The position numbers were made by a program, and so were the translations under genes. DNA of 64,000 bases. Origin: Ministeria vibrans ATCC 50519. Its lineage: Eukaryota > Protista > Filasterea. The stretch is taken from the NCBI GenBank assembly GCA_943704425.1, contig CALSCP010002418.1, positions 39,541 to 103,540 on the forward strand. Direction: 5' to 3'. The notes under the pieces are model-generated. The model saw only the letters and a list, made by a program, of their open reading frames with translations, was not told the DNA's origin and searched no databases. Of the stretch, positions 58,001 through 64,000 are shown piece after piece; positions within the stretch are counted from its first letter, which is position 1, and each line of letters opens with the position of its first letter.

Positions 58001-58111
58001 GGTACCCGCAATATGACGGTTGGGGGTCAGTCAGCGCACTTTATGGCTGCGTCGACGCTGGACGACGACGATGATGATGATGCTCTTCTGAACTACTCGG
58101 TCAATGCGTAG
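52061..58111 (+). CDS. Caspase-like (C14) protease fused to a degenerate animal-type chitin synthase (GT2); ~2016 aa, single exon
   Basis: C14 motifs: IAVLIG..Y....L.YC..DA, YAACHG, VLDACRSG, HGLFT..F..AL.G.AD, QQTP. CHS-like motifs: VCATL..E, EAHIIIDDA, VHLKD....RRW, TDGGV.F, SGRFVLYR, DQAEDL. Many TM helices. Confidence 0.85.
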   Translation: MTRRIAVLIGADTYSDGRFRQLRYCGRDAELLSQTLQRQGYHVIVLTGTNATVRTLVQVLVKIREDLRLVTQNASPSHPAPEATLLVYAACHGARATLLSDARRQAPQADSTSSASHSSQVVSLPMTSTSQTASAATPTTAADSSAAPLAHDPSSSKKTPAPTRRGSSAANTEDARRAPSTPSTSQAVPAPSPRRAAPPSSSDRVDESTSSLSRHIDEESSNSQAAGRARTVTEPLAPSSTAMTMPIPVSRSRREVPILALMDTNGSNDYQLLTTGMRVDRLSALMKNTGADHLMLVLDACRSGSSGSRTSSQDPERETVPFMARARDAGAAGSEPGFALLCSTSKNQRAIEYEGIGHGLFTHFFNQALLGRADDADAGPITLMEVALYVTRHMRETTQGQQTPLLSVESESSLVLADHRLEPRSSRRTAPRTAPAPPPPPPPPPPTTSTLTATSNGSTSSTTAATSPTSPKHSSSTNQHQHQHQHQQHQQQRQQRQQQQQLQSQQQSQSQRQNTSPSIQQRRSLDSTQPSPVSSARHPRPSFSLNAEPLLASHTQSQSASPPSQQQQQQQQHPATSNYIPTSAAAAPPVDPQATRDHALATKGDLAAMLVMLALLLTLVANKISLVVMARDTLESKGFVGVVLVLLVPELLHVCGSILVNGPPSFCPMIRWRHGVRWYHLAFVVFRGVLEPVPLWLYAAWIVPNVDGTRAIYLMSAMYMWPLLGKSLRGRAFSLLDLFCLVTLTAAIAVSIMHLSARGIVAVALLSLPWIESFWARDELIKIGEVRTALQPWLNILKVVSICTIPVATIFAMGGSISTEDIHDGFAALQRDPAFIVNCLSGPISVVLVWFLVSNAPRWLAAAVTLATPVAVTITSTTCHTWPLGYKCADHGNMWWEILCVVLLCIVQLLVARFLWPAPSRRLRLDSPLPPPSAVAFGDYLQRRYAFNSIVLEQTELLSCYRLLETLFDPDMAVADDISKPHRVFVCATLTREHCESDAEVVLRSLDDLVAAQASRDPDESIPIEAHIIIDDAMEQQGTMPCAIALLLLDRLRLRRRRFFINSTGSVNDADDPHRLERNRTRTGYGWVLDTTLDGVPLATAMATDTATDTGLGSVSASAAATRTGGTNASTATDVPSALRIFVHLKDRQKTPVGRRWTLLMFFSHILRFRMLNLGLFEEQVVALVTDGGVRFDMHALDRLVDHMSLRPVVASVTGGLFTDWSMYDHMPPSSPPSSSAPSLSLSDPIGVTVDNGRVASKAATPLVCHQRRPNSTHGVSRMHLDMDSAKAEKRRRQREQDEAKRKKEQGYALRLYLWLRCWAMVILQHIQRFVLFIHESYFDAFERSLRASTDDTLGSEVVPSGRFVLYRVSAVTSVLSAFSAPSTTPSDWMVNDQAEDLFLSSLMLRNGWRLAHCQRASVCVRSPVTMSRMLIAYTHRIGARVLTSLHFIQNGTHLAHINGSISPLFVMHQVLLLLEMILWPAMFCATSIGTVAYFIFELTTASYMTAYAIANGVLIAIFLVAAIACRVALKSRVVVERSTTTTAVAAATDGRVTESTHDSGVGATALVVPENATTTTTTTTNGATAQLPRPTTLSILGRFGLQGSSTSSSSVGQAASMLNGGALAVPARNVDDSGRPIVELMYWRQWGAWLLAFVYVLFVVLTCLFYYVAVVSMIDNPMSSGAITYYAIVGGAVLALILQVDRAPPFRSMRDTLTLVVFSPLFTLITSPASMCVGLLFASTHAHILRGTFCHFDVDRLVRIVMGRVEAKRKKGDEEEEEEEEEEEEGDENESGEDDEDDEEEEEEDGEGVEGENEDDYVFECPAAPTLERLMEQPRRTRRHAWFNGIPSGMANALVMSSWWKLVENFPTPCNPSIEERDKAVADVATLRAAVAKWGRVFVGLTLFAGAMFALIERDLDPVSCFGLANGNPVFWSLFIFGPAVQLLVFLLQKLSLAAQLADGSLMHEWCSCFLSRTRTATNGTRNMTVGGQSAHFMAASTLDDDDDDDALLNYSVNA

Positions 58112-58243
58112 AATGTAAATTGTAACAAGAAAATATCATAATTGTATGACTCGGACAATATTAGTATCATTAATTCATCATTATTATTATTATTAATTTA
58201 AATTTTATAATCGTTCATATACGTACAGAGCATGTTTGTGATG

Positions 58244-60349
58244 CTATACAACTTTGCATTCGCGAAGGAGGAGAGCACCGAGGAAGATATGGAAGGCGAT
58301 GACGGCAAGGATAAGGACGAGAAGAAGAAAGAAGGACATGTGTCGAGGGTGGGGAGTGGGTGGAGGTAAGGCGTCGGCGGGAGTGGGGAAGAGGGGAAGA
58401 GGGAGAAATGGGGAGGAGGGAGCGACGGAACTGAGGAAAGTGGCGTTGGCGCTGAGAAGGAGCCCGGTGTCGGCGTGAGGGGTGGTGTACTCGGCGTGTT
58501 GGGCTAGTTCCTTGCATGTAGTGGCGGCGGTGGGATCACTAGATGTGGTGCAGACGTGACATGGAGTGGAGGAGTCACAACGGATGGAGGTGAGACCGGC
58601 GGGCGAGATGGAGAGGGAGAAGACGAGGGAGCCCGAATGGAGGCCCTTGACGTGCGTACTGGTGACGCCGTTGCGACCGCCTGGGGTGAGGGCAAGAACG
58701 CCTGGGGCAACAGGACGGATTCCTGCATGGGCATAGAGGAGGGTGGCGGTGAGGTCTGCGCTTGCGTCGAGGGTCTGTTCACAGTTGGCGGCCTCGGCAA
58801 GCCCCTGTGCGTGTACGATGAGGGTGAGTGCGTGGGCGGCGGTGGACGCGTCGCCCGACTGTACTGCCGCAAGGATGCGGGTAACGGGGGCACTGAGAGC
58901 GCCCATAAAGGCGGTGTGGGGCGAGTAGGAGTAGCGGTGTTGGGAGCCGAGTGCAAACGAGGCCCATTTGTCGGGCATGGCCATGCCGGCACGCAGGTAG
59001 AGGTTGGCGGCGGTGGCGAAGGCGACGACTGACTCGTGTTTGGCGCGCGATGGGTGGAGCGCAAGCTGGGTGGCGCACGCATCGACAATGTCATGGCCGG
59101 CCGAGTGAGTGAACCAGGCGAGGCGGTCGGCGAGAAGAACGTGGAGCCAGGCAACGTGAAGGCACTCGGTGAGTGTGTGGGCGTCGGCAGTGACATGGTC
59201 GTCAGTGTGCCACTGAGCAAAGGCACGCTCGGCGAGGGAAGCGTCAAGAAGAGAGAGGGCAAGGACGGCACGGGGCGCTGGAAAGTGTTCGTGGCCGCCG
59301 CAGAGGCTTGGCGCGTCGTCGAGGAGATGCATGAGGGCGACGGATGCAAAATGGTTGTAGGCGGACCGGGGGGAAGCGGTGAGGGCAAGCGAGTGACCGC
59401 TGACGTTGAAGGAAGTGAGAGCGGCACGGGTGCGGACGGTGGATTCGCGGGTGTTTAAGAGAGCGTCACCCTTGAGAGTGGCGTACTGAGCGGCGTGGGT
59501 GCAGCATTTGGGGGAGTCGTCGGGACAGTCGCGCGCGAGAGGCGAAGCAGTTGAGAGCCACCAGAGGGGCACATCGGGTTCGACATGGAGAGTGGTGGTG
59601 GGCATGGTGGGCACGACGAGACTGGAGTAGACGTGGACGTCTTCGCGAGCCATATTGAAGATGGACGTGCCGGTGTGTGTGGGACAGGCACTCATGCTGA
59701 GATGTTGACGCCAGTGTGGTGGTTGCTGCAGCGAGCGAAACTCAAAGGGGATACTCTTCGTGGGCACCGGGATGGTGGTGCTGGCAAGGTCGACGGGTGG
59801 TGATGAGGTGGGGGCTTGCTGGAACGACCTGAGGGTGGAGCGCACGGCGTAGGTGGAGTCGACAGCGAAGCGAGCGGTTTCAAGCACGAGACAGTGTCCG
59901 GGCGCGACAGCGTCAGCGGCGGTCGGGAGCAGTCTGGTGTAGGAGAGCTGGATGCCGCGCGAGGGATCGGTGACGCTGACGTGGGCGCCGGTGGCGTATG
60001 CGTCGGACGACGACGGGAGCGGGGCGACGGTGATGGCGACGGCGTCCACGCCATCGCGCAGCAGCTGCACTGAGTAGTGGCCGAGGGCGGACGCCGTGCC
60101 GAGCACGCCGTTGCCAATGTAGAACATGGGAGGCGGGCGCGTGGCGGGTCTTGACGCGGCGACCGTCACGAGCGGCCCTGCGGCGAGCTGGAGGCAGGCG
60201 TCGAGATCCGACAGCGATGCCAGGTTGTGCAGGACCTCCGACGACGTCAGGCTGCCGCTGTCGTCCGCAAAGTACGCATAGTACATGTACGGAAGGCAGA
60301 TCAGTGCCAGCGCGATGAAGAGCAATCTTGATCGACGGGGGAGGGCCAT
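58244..60349 (-). CDS. KIAA2013/DUF2152-like membrane protein, intronless
   Basis: N-terminal signal anchor, ACL...FYIGNG.LG and C-terminal TM FHIFL..LL.RE C resemble KIAA2013. Confidence 0.55.
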   Translation of the reverse strand: MALPRRSRLLFIALALICLPYMYYAYFADDSGSLTSSEVLHNLASLSDLDACLQLAAGPLVTVAASRPATRPPPMFYIGNGVLGTASALGHYSVQLLRDGVDAVAITVAPLPSSSDAYATGAHVSVTDPSRGIQLSYTRLLPTAADAVAPGHCLVLETARFAVDSTYAVRSTLRSFQQAPTSSPPVDLASTTIPVPTKSIPFEFRSLQQPPHWRQHLSMSACPTHTGTSIFNMAREDVHVYSSLVVPTMPTTTLHVEPDVPLWWLSTASPLARDCPDDSPKCCTHAAQYATLKGDALLNTRESTVRTRAALTSFNVSGHSLALTASPRSAYNHFASVALMHLLDDAPSLCGGHEHFPAPRAVLALSLLDASLAERAFAQWHTDDHVTADAHTLTECLHVAWLHVLLADRLAWFTHSAGHDIVDACATQLALHPSRAKHESVVAFATAANLYLRAGMAMPDKWASFALGSQHRYSYSPHTAFMGALSAPVTRILAAVQSGDASTAAHALTLIVHAQGLAEAANCEQTLDASADLTATLLYAHAGIRPVAPGVLALTPGGRNGVTSTHVKGLHSGSLVFSLSISPAGLTSIRCDSSTPCHVCTTSSDPTAATTCKELAQHAEYTTPHADTGLLLSANATFLSSVAPSSPFLPLPLFPTPADALPPPTPHPRHMSFFLLLVLILAVIAFHIFLGALLLRECKVV

Positions 60350-60487
60350 TGGACAAACACAAGTAAACAATAGTGAGATTATTCGATGACAAATTGACAA
60401 TGTGAAATTCGACGAAAAAAAAAAAACACCAAATCATAAATTATTCATATTCATTCACCCACTCGGTCTCTGTTGAGGTAATTTGGA

Positions 60488-60583
60488 ATGTTTGCCGTTA
60501 TCTTTGAGTCGATTGCTGCTGCAAACGCCGAGTACGACGCGACGGCGAAGCGAATGATTGAACTCGCACAACAAAATCCGGTG

Positions 60584-60630
<47 letters not shown>

Positions 60631-61027
60631 GTCTCTCGTTTGTATTGTACATGTGCGTGAGTGGTGCACCTCCCTCTCCTTCCTTCGTTAACTGTCTCTC
60701 AATCGGCTTTTTTCTTTCTTTTTCAGTTTTAACAGTACAATTTTTTCTGTCTCGTAGGGTTTCATTCGGATCGTGTCGGCTCGTGAGGAATCGAGCCGCC
60801 AAGGAATCACCGTGAGCTACTGGAAGGACCTTGAGTCGATCCACCAGTGGAAGCGCGAAGCGGAGCACGTCGAGGCACAGCGACGGGGAAAGGGCGAGTG
60901 GTACAGTGCGTATCGAGTGAGTGTGACGGAAGTAGTGCGCAGCTATGGACGGACGCGGGAGAGAGAGCCGCTTCGAGGAGGAGGCGACGATGCGGGACCA
61001 GTGGGCCAGCCAGCCCGAGATGATTAA
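60488..61027 (+). CDS. ABM (antibiotic biosynthesis monooxygenase, HmoA-like) domain protein, 1 intron
   Basis: FAVIF....Y...A.RM.ELA.QNP|GF....SAR....GITVSYW.D.E.I.QWK...EH.EAQ..G...WY..YRV.V.EV.RSY. Confidence 0.8.
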
Positions 61028-61589
61028 GGAGGAGGAGGTGTTGGGGCAGGGCGAGCGCAGGTTTGACATTGGTGGGACGGTGGCGCACGATCGCATCCGC
61101 AGACACGACGAGCCGCCGCACGAAGAGCTGTCAGCGCACCGCGGCGACGATGGCCATGGCGACGATGGGACCGAGGCCAACTGGCTGAGAGGTGAAACTG
61201 GCCTTGTGTTTAAGTATCTGACCGTTTCGGGCGAGCAAGTGCCCTGGACGGTTGAGGAGGTGCGTGAAGAGCTGCGATCACGACAACTGGCGATTGCGCG
61301 CTGCTACGAGACGCGCATGCAGCGGTGGGGATCGACATTGGGGTTGATTTTGGGCTCGGTGGCAGCGGTGAAGCGGCGTCGCGTGGCCCCGTTGATTGGC
61401 ACGACGGTGGTGGGCGGACTCGTAGACATCACCTACTGCGTCACGTACAGCTGCAACGCCACTATGAACAGCTACAGAGACTTCCAGATGGCTCTTAAGC
61501 TCTTTGATAAGACGCACGGTGGTATTTACCGTGCGCTCCAGGAAAATCTTGAAGCTGAGCAGGAAACACTGTCGGGGGGAAATAAGTAA
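60990..61589 (+). CDS. Hypothetical protein with two hydrophobic segments, overlapping the ABM ORF in the +1 frame
   Basis: Open GC-rich frame 60945-61589 with WGSTLGLILGSV..RRR..PLIG..VGGLVD; AT-rich after the stop. Confidence 0.55.
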   Translation: MRDQWASQPEMIKEEEVLGQGERRFDIGGTVAHDRIRRHDEPPHEELSAHRGDDGHGDDGTEANWLRGETGLVFKYLTVSGEQVPWTVEEVREELRSRQLAIARCYETRMQRWGSTLGLILGSVAAVKRRRVAPLIGTTVVGGLVDITYCVTYSCNATMNSYRDFQMALKLFDKTHGGIYRALQENLEAEQETLSGGNK

Positions 61590-61709
61590 ACGAGTAAATT
61601 TTATTTTAGTTCAACTGTCAACAACTCAACTGTGGTCTGTGTCTCAACTCAACATTACTTTTCTTTCTATAAAACTTCTTTTGAGCTTTACCTTTGTACT
61701 TACTCTTCC

Positions 61710-62062
61710 ATGACCTTTCTGGAGTGGCTTGAAGCGACTGCGGATGCGCTGGTGCGCGACATGGCACAAGATCCCAATGTAACGCCAAACACAGACACAT
61801 GCACTGTCTGATGGATGTCTGTGGCTTGTGGCAGGGGTTTATGCTGAACGTGGTGCTGATCACGCTCCCGCTGCTGTTCTTCTCGATGCTTACGAGCTAC
61901 ATTTACATGAAATTGCTGCAAAAGAAGAACAAACTCGAGGCAAAGACGGCACGACGCCAAGCGAAGGCGGCAGAGGCCAGGGAAGGTGACGGACAGGGCA
62001 AGTCGCGCCATAAGAAGCCAGCGTCGCCGTTTGCGCGTCAGCGGGCGCGAAGGGACGATTGA
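61710..62062 (+). CDS. SMIM15-like small membrane protein, 2 exons
   Basis: W......MAQDPN|GFMLNVVLITLPLLFFS followed by a basic tail, resembling SMIM15 (AAKDPYGFLTTV..LTPLF). Confidence 0.7.
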
Positions 62063-62747
62063 ATATGAATTATCATATTATCACGAATGGTCTTGTAAAT
62101 ATAACCGAGAGTAAAAGTAGGAATTGTTATTAAGATAAGTCCGAGTGGAACAGTGGTGGACTCGCTTGAGTGAGGGGGGAAGGATACGACGTGTCAAGTG
62201 GTTACGTATCATTGTTCACAGTACACAGTGGTATTGAACACTCACACACTGAGTGAGCGCTCACTCACTCCGAATCTGTCTCGCACCATTCGACATTTGC
62301 ACTGACCATTGGACGGGCGCTAAAATGACGCATTGAAATTCACCGCACCTCCATCACTTCTTTTGCGCACACGACAGCCGCTCAAACTCTCAAAGAACTA
62401 GAACAACGACGCCGACACTCGCTCGCTCGCTCTCATGCAACAGGTGAATCCTCCAGTTCATTGCGCACAATCGAGAAGAGAGCGCTCTCTGCCAGTCACA
62501 CAGTCACAAGTAAACATGTCTAACAAGTGCGGCGTCAAACTGCCTCTGTGTGTCATGACACCTCCACCTTGGCACACCAGAGAGTGTTTTGGTGCACAAC
62601 ACACTAAGTCTTTTTGCCTTACCACTCAATATCCTCATGTATTCTACGTATTCTTGCTCTACACAGCAACACTTGCCGCTCCCCAAGTTGGACGATGGCC
62701 TGGAGAGGGAACATACGCGTTGCTTTACACTGTACAGAGAGGTGCGT

Positions 62748-63032
62748 TCATTCTTGACGAAACTCCTTCTCAGCCGCACACATCGAATAGCCAAGAGCGA
62801 ATCCTGTCGTGAGCGTCACCGGCCAAGGTTTTCCTACGCAGCTAGCGTAAGAGAGAGAGAGAGAGATGGAGAGAGAGACAGCAGAAAGTGCCAGAGGGAA
62901 GAACTGAAAAAACGCACTTTTGAAAAAGACCACTGAGATGATGCTCCCAATGGCAAGTCCGTAGACGGTGCGCGATACAGTCCCAGCAATCGATCTGTCC
63001 CAAGCCTTGCTAATCTGCGTCTCTGATGCCAT
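62748..63032 (-). CDS. MICOS10: MICOS complex subunit MIC10, 2 exons
   Basis: SE......WDR.IA......YG...G...SVVFFK|RKPWPV...TGFALG. Confidence 0.9.
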   Translation of the reverse strand: MASETQISKAWDRSIAGTVSRTVYGLAIGSIISVVFFKSAFFQFFPLALSAVSLSISLSLSYASCVGKPWPVTLTTGFALGYSMCAAEKEFRQE

Positions 63033-63332
63033 CACTTGAAAGGAGATAAGAAAGAATGAAAATTAATTTAGTGTGATCAAAACTTGATCAATGTATGTGC
63101 AATGAATGAAGTTCCCCTCTGAATCACAACAGCGGCGAGCTGTTAAATGATATATCTCTGCACTACTGCGACTTTGCAGTTTGCAAGCACAGTTGGTACA
63201 CAGGCTTTGCGTGGACGCGCCGCTTGTGATCCTGACCGCCAATTTTATTCAACGTTTCGATTTGACAGTTTCTAATTTCTATCATTCTGTCTGATCAGTC
63301 GATTTATTTTCTCTCTCATCCCCAAATATAAT

Positions 63333-63436
63333 ATGTCGAAAGAACTCCACGTACCCGTCATCCATGCATACTTGGTCAAGAACGGCCTGACCAAGTCTGC
63401 GTCCAAGCTCAAGAGCGAGAGCGGCGTTGTACGAAA

Positions 63437-63474
<38 letters not shown>

Positions 63475-64000
63475 AAAGACTCACAGAGACACTTTCTCTT
63501 AACAGGATGTTGCCAAGCAGCCCGAGTACACCTTCGAGGATCTCTACAACACCTACCAGTCCAGGTACGAAGTGTGATTCGAGCTGCTTCCCATCGCACA
63601 CCGGCGTTCTTTTTTTTCCCCATCATTGTCCTGTGTTGTCACGAACGGCCGACACAAGCGGCTTTTCACGCCGGTTTGGTCGCGCATGCATACGTACCTC
63701 TCTTTCCTGTGTGATCCCTGTCGCTGGCGCCCCACCCATGTGTCGTTTTCTGTTACACGTGGGGTTGTCCACTTTTTTCGCAATGATGCTCTCCTCCTCT
63801 CAGTCCCTCACACACACGCGCTGCTCTGCGCCAGCCCACCCGCCCGTCTTGTCTCCATCGATGCCGATGTCTGTGTGCCGACAGACTGGTCCTCGTGGCC
63901 TGCATCATCCCACACACACTTAACGATTGTCAAACATAACTCACACGTTGTTCCTTTTTTTTTTTTTTTTTCTCTCTCTTGTTCTGTTTTGCTTTGGTCT
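63333..64000 (+). CDS. 5' end of a LisH-motif protein (Nopp140/SRP40-like), truncated by the window edge
   Basis: MSKELHVPVIHAYLVKNGLTKSASKLKSESGV|DVAKQPEYTFEDLYNTY. Confidence 0.55.

Noticed and set aside
52004-60437. Long antisense or alternate-frame ORFs inside the big GC-rich genes (e.g. 54333-55541, 58504-59427)
   Set aside because: They are shadow ORFs of GC-rich coding sequence with no motifs.
62370-62750. Possible small plus-strand exons (AQTLKELEQRRR…; QHLPLPKLDDGLEREH…) abutting the MIC10 3' end
   Set aside because: I could not assemble a consistent start-to-stop model or recognise a family. It needs RNA-seq.
62600-62750. MIC10 TGA as a Sec codon with a downstream ATGA…AA
   Set aside because: MIC10 is complete at that point and no convincing SECIS helix forms.

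Overview
This window is compact, intron-rich eukaryotic nuclear DNA. It has about 30 closely spaced genes, short GT-AG introns filled with (GA)n, (CA)n and (AAT)n microsatellites, and three N gaps. The gene content (Neverland, CCDC142, SMIM15, KIAA2013, SPATA17 and an animal-type chitin synthase scaffold) suggests a flagellated unicellular holozoan such as a choanoflagellate, but that is inference. Highlights: (1) a single-exon ~2016-aa protein (52061-58111) fusing an apparently active caspase-like C14 protease to a multi-TM, catalytically degenerate chitin synthase, a candidate chitin/GlcNAc-sensing protease receptor; (2) a hidden 7-exon iodothyronine-deiodinase-like selenoprotein (7587-8806) with an in-frame UGA and a type II SECIS; (3) the gamete fusogen HAP2/GCS1 and one Neverland copy, which appear split and interleaved, most likely from a block-swap mis-assembly at poly(T) runs and N gaps; (4) an inverted Neverland duplicate with signs of gene conversion and one intron difference; (5) prokaryote-like genes (YnjE rhodanese, isopentenyl phosphate kinase, ABM monooxygenase). 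All family assignments come from manual translation and motif recognition, not database searches.
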